Part shown: positions 42,607 through 52,558 of the stretch, in pieces
How positions within the stretch are numbered: the first letter of the stretch is position 1
How the letters are laid out: each line of letters begins with the position of its first letter
DNA from: an uncultured candidatus Brocadiaceae bacterium
Lineage (GTDB): Bacteria > Planctomycetota > Brocadiia > SM23-32
Assembly: GCA_964421565.1 (NCBI GenBank)
Contig: CAYQXJ010000002.1
Coordinates: 193,793 to 257,792 of the forward strand
Reading direction: 5' to 3'
Length of the DNA stretch: 64,000 nt
The notes under the pieces: model-generated
What the model was told of the DNA's origin: nothing
Seen by the model: the letters and a program-made list of their open reading frames with translations, nothing else
Database searches by the model: none
Made by a program: the position numbers and the translations under genes

Positions 42607-45603
42607 ATGGCCAGGCACCCCAGGCGGGAGTTTGCAATGACCTCATCGGAACCGTTGCAGGGCCGGGCGACGGCAGACGGGCCGACGCTGCGCGGCGGCA
42701 GGTGGGGCGTGTTGGTGCTGTTCGGCCTGTCGGGGGCGGCGGCGCTCACCTATCAGGTGGTGTGGGTGCGCATGCTGGGGCTGGTGTTCGGGGTTACTAC
42801 CCTCGCCGTCAGCACGGTGCTGACGGCGTTCATGGCCGGGCTGGCGCTGGGCAGCCTGCTGGGGGGCAGGTTCGTCGACCGTCGCTCTGATCCGCTGCGG
42901 GTCTTCGGCGTCCTGCAGTTGGGGATCGCCGTATTTGCACTCTGTTTTCCGTTCATCCTGGATGTGTTGACCGCCGTTTACGTGCAGGTCTACCGTGATT
43001 GGGCGCCGGACCCTTACGTGTTCAGCCTGTTCCGGTTTGGGCTTGCTTTCGCCGTGCTGCTGGTGCCGACCAGCCTGATGGGGGCGACTCTGCCCGCGGT
43101 GAGCCGTTACTTCGTGCGCCGTGCCCGCGACGTCGGTGCCGACATGGGCGCCCTGTACGGAGCGAACAACCTGGGTGCTGTAGTGGGGGCGTTGGCGACG
43201 GGCTTCGTGCTGGTGGAATTCCTGGGGGTGCATGAGTCCGCCTGGCTGGCGGCGGCTGTCAGTGCGGGCGTGGGGCTGGCGGCGTTCGCATTGCACGGCC
43301 GCGGCTCTGCGCGGACTGCCGGGGCTATGCGGCCGGCGGTGGTGCTCGGCCGGCGGGGTGACGTTGCCGACGACGTCGACCCCTTGCCGCGCCACGTTGT
43401 GTGGGTCTGCCTGGTTGTTTTCGGCCTGGAAGGGTTCACATCGCTGGCGTACGAGGTGGTGTGGGTGCGCATCCTCAGCGCGATGGGGTTGGTGAGCACG
43501 CTCTACACTTACAGCCTTGTCGTGGCGACCTTTATCGCGGGTTTGAGTGTTGGCAGCTTCGTAGCGGCGCGACTGCTCAGGCGCAGGCGCGACCTGCTGC
43601 TGTTGCTGGCGGCGCTGGAGGTGGCGATCGGGCTCTCGGTGCTGGCCCTGCTGCCGCTGTTCCGGGAGTTCGGGGACATGGCGTTCTCCGTTAAGGTCGG
43701 CGGGTGGCCGGCGCTTGTGGTTCTGAGCGCTCTGTGGATCGGGGGATTGCTGCTGGTGCCGACCACTCTGATGGGGGCCACCTTCCCGGTGGTCAGCCGC
43801 ATCTATGCCGTGCGCCTTTCCGACTTGGGCACGCGCGTGGGGCGGGTGGGTTTCCTGGACACGGTGGGCTCCATCTTCGGCGCCTTCGCGGGCGGCTTCG
43901 TGCTTATACCGCTGTTGGGCATGCAGGCCAGCGTCATCGCGCTGGCCCTGGTGAACCTGGGGCTCGGGGCGCTGGTGGTGCTGGTGCACCCGGCATGGGG
44001 CAGGGGGCGCAAGGCGGCTGTCGTGGCGCTGACTGTGGCGCTCGGGGCCGGCGCCTGGCTGGCGTTGCCGCATCGGGTTTTCTACTCCCCGCGAGAGGAG
44101 ATCGGCTCGTACCTGCTCTACTACGAGGAAGACGTGGACGCGACGATCACCGTGCGGCGTATCTTCAACGGCGAGAAGGTGCTCGAGGTCAACCGTGTGA
44201 ACGTTGCGGGCACGGGCCCTTCGCTGCTGCCCAGCCAGGTGCTGCAGGGGCACGTGCCGGTGATGATCTACGAGTCCGTCAACGGCAGCTTGCCCGAACG
44301 CGTGCTCCAGGTCGGGCTGGGCAGCGGGCATACCTTTTGGTGTTTGAGCCAGCACGCGTTGCAGGAGATTCACTGCGTGGAGTTGGTGCCCGGCGTGCTG
44401 CGGGCTGCGCGAAAGCACTTCGGCGATCTGAACCACGACGTGTTCGAGGACCTGCGCACGAGGGTGTTCTTCCAGGACGCTCGCACGCACATACTGGCTA
44501 CGGAACGGAAGTACGACCTGATCATGGACGACTCCATCCACCCCTCGCACACGGGCAGCGCGAGCCTGTACAGCCGGGACTTCTTCGCGCACTGCCGCGA
44601 TCGGCTGCGCGACGGGGGCGTGATGTCCGTCTGGCTTCCGCTGTATAAGATGACGGGGCGCGACCTGGCCATGGTCTGCAAGGCATTTCAGGCGGTGTAT
44701 CCGCACGCCAGCCTCTGGTTCTCTGCGCAGCCGTTCAACATGCAAGCGCTCCTGGTCGGGTCCACTCGCCCGATGCGGATGGACTTCGGGCTGTTGCGGT
44801 CGCGGTTTGCGCAGCCCGCCGTCCAGCGCGAACTGGCATCCGTCGGCATCGGCAACGTGTGGGAGTTGCTGGCGTGTATGATGCTGGATGAAGAGGCGAT
44901 GCGCGCCTATACGCTGGGCGCGCCGTGGCATACGGACGCGCACCCGCGGCTGGCGTTCTCCGCCCCGCGGGCGCGGGTGCTGGGCTATGCGACCTTCGCG
45001 CGCAACCTTGGGGGCCTGCTGGCGGAGCGGGGCGACGTGCTGCCCTACGTGAGCGGGCTGGAGTCCGGGCAAGATGGTGACGCGCCAGCAGGAGCGGACT
45101 TGCTGACGCGTTACCGCCGGGTGAACGATATGCTGGTGCGGGCGATGATGGCGCACCGGGTGATGGAGTTTCGCGAGGCGATACGGCTGGCGGAGGAGGC
45201 ATTGTCGCTCGCCCCCCGCAGTGATGCCGCGCGCAGCATGCTGAGCACGGCGCATCTGGACGAGGCGCGCCGGCTGTACTACGAGACTGGGGCGATCGGG
45301 CCCGCCATGCGAGAATGCCTGGCCAGCCTGCGCTACGACGCGCAGAACGTGCAGGCCCTGACCCTGAAGGGGCGGATCCACGCCGCGAACGGTGAGCTGA
45401 GCGAAGCGGTGGAAGCGCTGAAGGCGGCAGTGGCGGCCAAGCCCACCTACGTGGACGGGCGGATGATGCTGGCTGGGTGGCTGGGCCGGATGGGTCGAGG
45501 CGGCGAGGCCCGTGCGCAGGTCGAGGCCGTGTTGCGGGAACTGCCCGAGAACTCACCGGACAGGGGGCCTTTGGAGCGGCTTGCGGGCCAGCTCGGGCGC
45601 TGA
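42607..45603 (+). CDS. Fused polytopic membrane domain, spermidine synthase-like (PABS) aminopropyltransferase and C-terminal TPR protein
   Basis: About 480 aa of N-terminal TM helices, rich in G/A/L/V. The PABS core is VLQVGLGSGHTFW ... ELVPGVLRAARKHF ... RTRVFFQDARTHIL ... YDLIMDDSIHPSHTGSASLYSRDFF, compared with SpeE DVIIVDSSDP...LFT.EFY. The C-terminus carries TPR-like repeats. A Met at 42637 (MTSSEPL) is an alternative start. Confidence 0.7.
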   Translation: MARHPRREFAMTSSEPLQGRATADGPTLRGGRWGVLVLFGLSGAAALTYQVVWVRMLGLVFGVTTLAVSTVLTAFMAGLALGSLLGGRFVDRRSDPLRVFGVLQLGIAVFALCFPFILDVLTAVYVQVYRDWAPDPYVFSLFRFGLAFAVLLVPTSLMGATLPAVSRYFVRRARDVGADMGALYGANNLGAVVGALATGFVLVEFLGVHESAWLAAAVSAGVGLAAFALHGRGSARTAGAMRPAVVLGRRGDVADDVDPLPRHVVWVCLVVFGLEGFTSLAYEVVWVRILSAMGLVSTLYTYSLVVATFIAGLSVGSFVAARLLRRRRDLLLLLAALEVAIGLSVLALLPLFREFGDMAFSVKVGGWPALVVLSALWIGGLLLVPTTLMGATFPVVSRIYAVRLSDLGTRVGRVGFLDTVGSIFGAFAGGFVLIPLLGMQASVIALALVNLGLGALVVLVHPAWGRGRKAAVVALTVALGAGAWLALPHRVFYSPREEIGSYLLYYEEDVDATITVRRIFNGEKVLEVNRVNVAGTGPSLLPSQVLQGHVPVMIYESVNGSLPERVLQVGLGSGHTFWCLSQHALQEIHCVELVPGVLRAARKHFGDLNHDVFEDLRTRVFFQDARTHILATERKYDLIMDDSIHPSHTGSASLYSRDFFAHCRDRLRDGGVMSVWLPLYKMTGRDLAMVCKAFQAVYPHASLWFSAQPFNMQALLVGSTRPMRMDFGLLRSRFAQPAVQRELASVGIGNVWELLACMMLDEEAMRAYTLGAPWHTDAHPRLAFSAPRARVLGYATFARNLGGLLAERGDVLPYVSGLESGQDGDAPAGADLLTRYRRVNDMLVRAMMAHRVMEFREAIRLAEEALSLAPRSDAARSMLSTAHLDEARRLYYETGAIGPAMRECLASLRYDAQNVQALTLKGRIHAANGELSEAVEALKAAVAAKPTYVDGRMMLAGWLGRMGRGGEARAQVEAVLRELPENSPDRGPLERLAGQLGR

Positions 45604-45630
45604 AGGTGGCTCGTAGCGACCAGGCCGTGC

Positions 45631-45659
45631 TTGACGCAGCCGGTTGGCGAGCATAGAAT
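45631..45659 (+). promoter_or_regulatory. Sigma70 promoter: TTGACG, 17 nt, TAGAAT.
   Basis: gcTTGACGcagccggttggcgagcaTAGAATacgg, about 75 nt upstream of the ATG at 45738. Confidence 0.5.
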
Positions 45660-45737
45660 ACGGTTTGGAAAGCTCTGGCACCGAGTAAAGACTCGTTGCG
45701 TGAGTACGGTACTTATCCTGTCAGGAGGGTTGAGGGC

Positions 45738-46241
45738 ATGAACACGAAGGCTGTTGTGCTGTTGGTTGTCTTCGTCGTGATAGTGGTGGTGGTGGCGGTG
45801 CTCGCCATGGGGGGCAAGGAGGCGGAGAAGGGGGCGCAACAGGCCGCGGGACCCGCTACGCAGGTGGCGCGCTTCGGCGTGGCGTACGAGGATATCGAGA
45901 AGCCCCCCATCCCCGAGGAGGCCAAGGCTTTTATGGGTGAGGACTTCGACCCGGTCAAGGGGCGCGCGTCCGGCGGCGAAGGCTGGGTGACGCAGGTGAG
46001 CCAGACGGCTACGGGTTACGAGTTCGCCATTGATGTGGACGAGCCCGGCAGCGTGGACGACGGCCCGGAGATCGTGAGCCTGCAGGTGCGCCGAGCGGAC
46101 ATGTTGGCGCCGGAGCTGCCCAAAGAGGGCGAGAAAGTGTATTACATGGGCCGGATTGCCGACTACACGGATGAAGAGAAGCCCGATGTGTGGTTGACCG
46201 ACGGCAAGATCGATACCGAGCGTCCGCCGTGGGCGCGATAG
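45738..46241 (+). CDS. Hypothetical signal-anchored acidic protein
   Basis: MNTKAVVLLVVFVVIVVVVAVLAMGG TM helix, then an acidic, Pro/Glu-rich soluble region. No family recognised. Confidence 0.5.
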   Translation: MNTKAVVLLVVFVVIVVVVAVLAMGGKEAEKGAQQAAGPATQVARFGVAYEDIEKPPIPEEAKAFMGEDFDPVKGRASGGEGWVTQVSQTATGYEFAIDVDEPGSVDDGPEIVSLQVRRADMLAPELPKEGEKVYYMGRIADYTDEEKPDVWLTDGKIDTERPPWAR

Positions 46242-46269
46242 GGCTGTAGTTGCGAGTTTCGCACGCATG

Positions 46270-46308
46270 GGGCCGCGTCGCTGAGCGATGCGGCCCTTTC
46301 TGTCTCTT
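46270..46308 (+). terminator. Intrinsic terminator: gggccgc ... gcggccc, then TTTCTGTCTCTT.
   Basis: 7-bp GC stem with a 13-nt loop and a T-rich tail. It sits between convergent genes (45738..46241 on plus, 46318..47424 on minus). Confidence 0.6.
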
Positions 46309-46317
46309 GCCCGCCGT

Positions 46318-47424
46318 CTACAGTTCCAGCGCAGTTGACTGTGAGCGCTCGGCCACTTGCCGTGCCGTCACTTCACACCCTTGCTGGTGGGAGAGGTAGA
46401 CGCCCTCGCTGATGAGCATAGTGTTCAGCCCGATCTCGGCCGTCGGCAGCAGTGGCGTGCGCCCCAGCAAGGCGGCGACCCAGTGGTGCTGGGGGCTGCG
46501 CAGCGCGTCGGTGCGCTGTGGGAAGACGCGCGACCAGCGAGTCTGCGCGCCGCCGACGTCGAACGAAGCGTCCATCTCCATGTCGCTGAGCGTCGTGTGG
46601 AACTGGAAGGGGTTCAGCGAGAGGCCGCCCTTGTCGCCGACGATCTTGCTGCCATCGGTGCCGGCCAGGTGGATGGCCCATGCTTCCTCGATGAAGAAGG
46701 TAACGTCGCCGGCGAGCCGCACCAGGGCGATGCCAAGCTCTTCCACGTCGTAGCGGCTTTCCTGGCGGCGCTGTTCGTACATGGGGACCTCCTGGTGGGT
46801 GGCGCCGCTGACGGTGAGCACCTCGGGATTGTCGAGCAGGTAGAGTATTTGGGAGATGTGGTAGACGCCCATGTCGAACAGCGCGCCGCCGGCGGCGGTC
46901 TGCTTGCGCACGAAGGAGCTGGTGCCGTAGCCGTCCACGAAGGGGCGGCCCCGGCGGCGGTAGTAGCTGCTTTTGGCGTAGTAAGGCGTGCCCAGGTGGC
47001 CATCGTCGATCAGGCGGCGGGCTGCGGCAGTGCTCTGGCCGAACAGGCTGCCGAGCTGCATGGAGAGCATACGGCCAAGCTCCTTCGACTTCTCCACCAT
47101 GCTGTGGGCGTCGGCATAGGAGCCGGCCAGCGGCTTCTCGCAGTAGACGTGTTTGCCGGCCTCCATGGCGGCGATGCTGACCGGGGCGTGCAGGTTGTTG
47201 TGCAGGCAGACGTCCACGGCGGCTATCTCGCCCATGGCGAGCAGCTCACGGAAGTCGGTGAACGTGTGGGGTATGTCGTATTGCTTCGCGACGCGCTGCA
47301 GCTCCTGTTCGTCGAGGTCGCAGGCGGCGATCATCTGCGCGCCGGGTATCTCCTGGTAGCGCTGCAGGTGCCGTTTGCCGATCTGGCCTGTGCCAATGAT
47401 GCCCAGCTTCACTGTGTCCGACAT
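46318..47424 (-). CDS. Gfo/Idh/MocA family oxidoreductase
   Basis: MSDTVKLGIIGTGQIGKRHL Rossmann start and the EKPLA motif. A GGAGA RBS lies 5 nt upstream of the chosen ATG (Met69 of the listed ORF). Confidence 0.75.
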   Translation of the reverse strand: MSDTVKLGIIGTGQIGKRHLQRYQEIPGAQMIAACDLDEQELQRVAKQYDIPHTFTDFRELLAMGEIAAVDVCLHNNLHAPVSIAAMEAGKHVYCEKPLAGSYADAHSMVEKSKELGRMLSMQLGSLFGQSTAAARRLIDDGHLGTPYYAKSSYYRRRGRPFVDGYGTSSFVRKQTAAGGALFDMGVYHISQILYLLDNPEVLTVSGATHQEVPMYEQRRQESRYDVEELGIALVRLAGDVTFFIEEAWAIHLAGTDGSKIVGDKGGLSLNPFQFHTTLSDMEMDASFDVGGAQTRWSRVFPQRTDALRSPQHHWVAALLGRTPLLPTAEIGLNTMLISEGVYLSHQQGCEVTARQVAERSQSTALEL

Positions 47425-47626
47425 GTGAGTCTCCATTGCTGCGGGTGTCTGAGTGCGCGGCCCGACGGGTGGCCGACCGCGCCCCGTTGGATTGGGCGGC
47501 CATTGTAGTGCAGGCGTGGCCCGGTGCAAGAGCGGCCCGGGCAAGTCTGGCGCGCTCTTGTCTTGCGCGTGGCGCGCCGGTAACATGGCGCTTCTCGAAC
47601 CCCTGCGCGTCGATTGGAGGCGGGGC

Positions 47627-48643
47627 ATGATGCCGGTGCTGAAGCGCTATGAAGACAATCCCGTGCTGGAGCCGCGGCCGGATGAGTGGGACGCCGTGAG
47701 CACCTTCAATCCCGGGGCCATCCTGGTGGACGGACGGGTGCACATGCTCTACCGCGCGGTGAGCGACATACGCCACTACATCTCCCGGTTCGGCCTGGCG
47801 GTAAGCGACGACGGGCGCGAGTTTGAGCGCCTGGAGGGTCCCGTGCACGGCCCCCGTGGCGAATGGGAGGTCGGCGGGGTGGAAGACGCTCGGATCACGC
47901 CCGACGGCGACGACTACCTGGTCACCTATGCGGCGGTCTCAAAGGTGCCCGGACCCATCTACGAGGAGATGGCCTTCTTCGAGCGCGCGCGCGAAGACCC
48001 CTTCATCGATCGGCCGGGTATGCCGCCCATGGGCGAGAGCTACACCGGCCTGCTGCGCTCCCGCGACCTGTGCAGGTTCTCGTTCGAAGGTCTGCTGACA
48101 CCGTCCGACACCGATGATCGCGATGGAGTGCTGTTTCCCGAGAAGATCGGCGGGCGCTACGCAATGCTGCACCGCCCGTCGAGCTGGGTCGGGCCGGGCT
48201 GGGGAACGGAGCAGCCGTCCATCTGGCTGGCGTTCTCCGACGACTTGGTCGCGTGGGACTACGGCGAGGGGGCCGGCTACATGCTGATCTCGCCGCAGAC
48301 CGAGTGGGAGGGCGCCAAGATCGGCGCCGGGCCGCCCCCGGTGCGCACCCAGGCCGGCTGGCTGGTGATCTACCACGGCGTGGACACGCGCCACGTCTAC
48401 CGGGTCGGGGCGGCCCTGCTCGACCTGCACGACCCCCTGAGGGTGCTGGCGCGGACCGAAGACTTCCTGATGGAGCCGGTGGAAGAGTGGGAGCGCGTCG
48501 GCGTCATCCCCAACGTGGTCTTTCCAACCGCCGCCGTGCCGACTGCCGAGGGTGAACTGCTGATTTACTACGGCGCCGCCGATCGAGTCGTCGGGCTTGC
48601 AGTTGCCCGACTTGACGAACTGCTGAACTACCTGTCTGACTGA
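47627..48643 (+). CDS. GH130 family glycoside phosphorylase (beta-mannoside phosphorylase-like)
   Basis: VLEPRPDEWDAVSTFNPGAILVDGRVHMLYRA is the GH130 N-terminal signature, with a 5-bladed beta-propeller body. GGAGG RBS. The start is at Met59 of the listed ORF. Confidence 0.7.
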   Translation: MMPVLKRYEDNPVLEPRPDEWDAVSTFNPGAILVDGRVHMLYRAVSDIRHYISRFGLAVSDDGREFERLEGPVHGPRGEWEVGGVEDARITPDGDDYLVTYAAVSKVPGPIYEEMAFFERAREDPFIDRPGMPPMGESYTGLLRSRDLCRFSFEGLLTPSDTDDRDGVLFPEKIGGRYAMLHRPSSWVGPGWGTEQPSIWLAFSDDLVAWDYGEGAGYMLISPQTEWEGAKIGAGPPPVRTQAGWLVIYHGVDTRHVYRVGAALLDLHDPLRVLARTEDFLMEPVEEWERVGVIPNVVFPTAAVPTAEGELLIYYGAADRVVGLAVARLDELLNYLSD

Positions 48644-48685
48644 GGTAACACTGCGAAGATCGCTCCCTGCCGACCCCCAACCAGG

Positions 48686-51556
48686 TTGCAAGCCCTCCTA
48701 TCAGCAGCGCTTGTCCTGTGTGCGTTGTCGGCCAGGCCTGTGTGGAGCGAAGTCACCATCGAAGGAGCCACTCTCGTGACGGCCGAGCGGGCGCGCTATA
48801 TCTGGGTGGACGAGCACGGGACAGGTCGCAATGTCTACGCCCTGTTCCGTCGCCGCGTGAGTCTGGGGCCCGGGCCGCACGAGGGAACGCTTCATCTCTT
48901 TGCCGATACTCGCTACCGGCTTTTGGTCAATGGCCATACCGTCGGGCACGGGCCGGCGCGTTTCGCGGTAAGCCGGCCGGAATACGATACGTGGCACCTG
49001 GGCGAGTATCTGTGCGCGGGCGAGAACATCGTCGCCATCGTCGTGAACAACTACGGATGTTCCTGCATGCACGCCGAGTTGAGCATCGGCGGGTTGATTG
49101 CCTGGGGGCAGTTCAGAGACAGCGCAGGCGAGGCCACGGCCGTCTGGACCGGCGACGGCGAGTGGAAAGGCATCCAGGCCCCCGGGTTTCAGCGCGAGAC
49201 CCCGAAGCTCTCCTTCGCCCTAAACCCCGGCGAGGTGCTGGACGCCCGCAAATCGCCGTCCGGATGGGCGGCCCCGGGTTTTGACGCCTCGCTCTGGCCG
49301 TCTGCGGTGCCCCTGGCGAGGCAGGAGCACTGGGGTGAGCTGCACCCGCGATCGATTCCGCCCCTGGATGAGCAATACATGCCGGCAGTGGAGTTGCGGA
49401 GCGCCTGGAAGGCGTTTTACCCCGATCGGGAGGAGCGGTACTCGTTCGTTCTGCCGATGCAGGGCACACCGGCCATGGAGCCGAGCGCTCCCGCCCTGGC
49501 GATGACCTATCTCTACTCCCCCCGGCCTCAGACGGTAACGATGGGGGCCTTCTGGGGCGTTTACTGGCTCAACGGTGAGCGACTGCAGCCCCGGCCTCGC
49601 CGGGACGTCGACTTGCGTCGAGACTACGGGCTGCAGCTACATGCCGGGTGGAATGTCCTGATGGTATCTGAAAGCACCCGACACGGCGCATGGGAGTTCG
49701 TCATGGGGCTGCCGGCAGCAGCGGGCATCCAGGTAAGCGCCGAGAGGGCGGTGGCATCGCCCAACACGTTCCTGCTCGCCGGCCCGTGGCCGGGCGAACT
49801 GCAGAGGCGCGCACGAGAGATGGCGCTGCCGCTGGAAGGTCCGGAAGGGCTGCCCGAGCAGCTCGGGCCGTGGGGCAGATGGCCGAGGGACAGGGGCGCC
49901 AACTCCGCCTACGTTGAGATGTGCTGGAAACACCACGAAGCCATGGGGCTGGAGGGCCCTGGCCTGCAGATCGCGGGGGCTGACTACGCGGAGCGCGTCG
50001 GCGATGCGAGCCTCTCCCTCATCTACGACTTCGGCACCGAGGTGCTCGGGCGCCCCATGCTCGAGTTCGAAGCTGCGGCCGGCACAAAGGTTGACCTCGC
50101 CTACTCCGAGATGCTGCAGGGTGGGTTGCCTGCCGATCACGGGGCTCACCACATACGCATGGCTGAGCGCTACATCGCCCGGGAGGGCGAGCAGACCGTT
50201 CACACCTTCCACCCTCGCGGGTTCCGCTACCTGCAGGTGACGGTGAGCGGCGACCTGCGCGCCTTTCGGCTGCGCGAGGTCGGCCTGACCCGAGCTACCT
50301 ATCCGGCCCGACCGATCGGCGAGTTCGAGTGCTCCGACCCCTTGCTCAACCGCATATGGACTCTTGGCCGCGACACGCAACTGGCGTGCATGGAAGATGC
50401 CTACCTGGACTGCCCCCGTCGCGAGCGCGGTTGCTACGCGGGCGACATGCTGGTGCAGTTCTACACGAACCTCGCCGCCTTCGGAGATACCGACCTCATG
50501 CGCCGCTGCGTGGAGTTGTTCTTCCTGGCGCAGGGCGACGAGGGGCTGCTGCCGCCGGCGGCGCACGGCCTGGAAGCCGGCAGACACCCTGATTACTCGG
50601 CAATAATGGTACAGGCGCTCTGGCACTACTACGCCCGCACTGGCGACATGGCGTTCCTGCGGCGGATGAAGCCGCACCTGGTCCGGCTGATGGGGGGCCT
50701 GGGCGCGCTTGAAGTGGAAAGTGCCGACCTGCTCGATGGCAGCCACCTGAACCCCTACCTCGACCGCCAACGCATGGACCGACGGGGCATCACCTGCGCG
50801 CTCAACTGCTTCTACCAGAGGGCTTTCCACGACGCTGCGAGGATCATGGGGGTGCTGGACGACGTGCACCGCCAGACGGAGTACGCCATACGGGCGCAGG
50901 GCCTGGCGGAAGCGATCAGGCGCGAGTTCTGGGATGCCACGAGGCAAGTATTCGTGGATCGCCGTGTCACGGAGGTCAGCGACGGCTATCCGTCTGCTGC
51001 CGCCAACACGCTCCCGCTGCTCTACGATATCGCTGCCCCGCCGCAAGTTCCGGGAGCGCTGGAGCATCTGAGGGAGCTGATGCGAAATAACTTCCAGCGC
51101 ATGCCGCCCCGGCGCGACTGGCACTGCAACGTGATGCCCTATTTCTCCTTTTACTCCGTCGGCGCGCTCTGCGAACATGGCCGAACGGAGGAGGCGCTGC
51201 AGTTTATCCGCGAGTGCTGGGGGCTCTGGCTGCGACAGGGGGCGTGGACCTGCTGGGAGACGTGGCCGGGCGGCAGTCGATGCCACGCGTGGTCCAGCTG
51301 CCCCACCCACTACCTGTCCAGCCGGGTTCTGGGCGTCAGGTTCCCCGAGCCTGGACGCCCCGACCGTGTGCTGCTGGCGCCGGAGCCGGGCGGCCTGGAG
51401 TGGGCGAGAGGCACCTATCCGCACGCCAGGGGGCCCCTGCGGGTCGAATGGCGTCTCAAGGAGGGCCGCTTATCCCTGACTTACGAGGCGCCGCAGGGCG
51501 TAGAGGTCACGGTGGACGAGGCGGTGCAGCTTACACATGAAGACAAGGCTTGGTGA
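48686..51556 (+). CDS. GH78-like alpha-L-rhamnosidase family protein
   Basis: 956 aa. The catalytic (alpha/alpha)6 region has the LDCPRRERGCYAGD motif (DCPxRER...GD), as in rhamnosidases. A weak N-terminal signal peptide is present. Confidence 0.6.
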   Translation: MQALLSAALVLCALSARPVWSEVTIEGATLVTAERARYIWVDEHGTGRNVYALFRRRVSLGPGPHEGTLHLFADTRYRLLVNGHTVGHGPARFAVSRPEYDTWHLGEYLCAGENIVAIVVNNYGCSCMHAELSIGGLIAWGQFRDSAGEATAVWTGDGEWKGIQAPGFQRETPKLSFALNPGEVLDARKSPSGWAAPGFDASLWPSAVPLARQEHWGELHPRSIPPLDEQYMPAVELRSAWKAFYPDREERYSFVLPMQGTPAMEPSAPALAMTYLYSPRPQTVTMGAFWGVYWLNGERLQPRPRRDVDLRRDYGLQLHAGWNVLMVSESTRHGAWEFVMGLPAAAGIQVSAERAVASPNTFLLAGPWPGELQRRAREMALPLEGPEGLPEQLGPWGRWPRDRGANSAYVEMCWKHHEAMGLEGPGLQIAGADYAERVGDASLSLIYDFGTEVLGRPMLEFEAAAGTKVDLAYSEMLQGGLPADHGAHHIRMAERYIAREGEQTVHTFHPRGFRYLQVTVSGDLRAFRLREVGLTRATYPARPIGEFECSDPLLNRIWTLGRDTQLACMEDAYLDCPRRERGCYAGDMLVQFYTNLAAFGDTDLMRRCVELFFLAQGDEGLLPPAAHGLEAGRHPDYSAIMVQALWHYYARTGDMAFLRRMKPHLVRLMGGLGALEVESADLLDGSHLNPYLDRQRMDRRGITCALNCFYQRAFHDAARIMGVLDDVHRQTEYAIRAQGLAEAIRREFWDATRQVFVDRRVTEVSDGYPSAAANTLPLLYDIAAPPQVPGALEHLRELMRNNFQRMPPRRDWHCNVMPYFSFYSVGALCEHGRTEEALQFIRECWGLWLRQGAWTCWETWPGGSRCHAWSSCPTHYLSSRVLGVRFPEPGRPDRVLLAPEPGGLEWARGTYPHARGPLRVEWRLKEGRLSLTYEAPQGVEVTVDEAVQLTHEDKAW

Positions 51557-51566
51557 GGTTTGGCAG

Positions 51567-52523
51567 ATGATCAAGATCGGAGTCATAGGTGCCGGAGGCA
51601 ACGGAAGCGGGCATGCGCGCTATTACAGCGAGAGCGAGCGGGCAGAGGTGATCGCGGTGGCCGATCCCGATAAGTCGCGCGCCTACGCGCTCGCGCGAGA
51701 GATCGACGCGGAAGCCTTCGGCAACTACCGCGACTTTCTGGACATGGTGGACGCGGTCGTAATCTCATCGCCGAACTTTCTGCATCGCGACCACGCCGTA
51801 GAGTGCGCCGAGGCGGGCAAGCACGTCTTCTGCGAGAAGCCGATGGGCCTGAGCGCGGAGCAGGCGGAGGAGATCGCAGCGGCCGTCCGAGACGCCGGCG
51901 TGCAGTCCTTCGTGGGCTTCAGCGTGCGTTTCGGGGCGCAGGTGCAAACGATGCAGGCGTACAAGGACGAGGGGCGGCTCGGGCGCGTGTTTTCCGTCTG
52001 GTCGCGCAGGCTCACGTACATGGACCCGGCCAAGCGTGAAGGCTGGCGCGTGGATCACATGTTGAGCGGCGGGTTGCTCTACGAGATCAACATCCATGAG
52101 CTGGAATGGATGATGGCACTCGGCGGTAAGGTGAAGTCCGTCTTCGGCCGCCGGATGGCCCGCGAGCAACAGACACCGCGCGCGAACGACCACATCTGGT
52201 TCATGCTCAACTTCGGCGACGATGCGGTAGGGATGCACGAAGGTAGCTGGTGCACCGCGTGCGGCGAATACCGCAGGGGCGTCATCGGTACGGCGGGAGC
52301 GCTGACCACGGAACGGTGGGGCCAGAAGCTTTTCCATGCGCGCAACGGCGAGAAGGAGACGCAGGCCGAGATGTGCCCCCGCTTCGACAAGCGGGCGCAC
52401 TTCCTCGACGTGGTCGAAGGCACAGCCGAGTCCAGGGCCGACGCCCAATGGGGCCTTGAGGTGATGAGAGCGGCGGAGGCCGTGATAGTAAGCGCCAACA
52501 CCGGCCAGGTGGTGCCCCTTTGA
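51567..52523 (+). CDS. Gfo/Idh/MocA family oxidoreductase
   Basis: MIKIGVIGAGGNGSGH Rossmann start and the EKPM motif. The start is chosen at Met11 of the listed ORF. Confidence 0.75.
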   Translation: MIKIGVIGAGGNGSGHARYYSESERAEVIAVADPDKSRAYALAREIDAEAFGNYRDFLDMVDAVVISSPNFLHRDHAVECAEAGKHVFCEKPMGLSAEQAEEIAAAVRDAGVQSFVGFSVRFGAQVQTMQAYKDEGRLGRVFSVWSRRLTYMDPAKREGWRVDHMLSGGLLYEINIHELEWMMALGGKVKSVFGRRMAREQQTPRANDHIWFMLNFGDDAVGMHEGSWCTACGEYRRGVIGTAGALTTERWGQKLFHARNGEKETQAEMCPRFDKRAHFLDVVEGTAESRADAQWGLEVMRAAEAVIVSANTGQVVPL

Positions 52524-52558
52524 GCGACAACGAGTGAGATGGCCAGGGACGCCCAACG

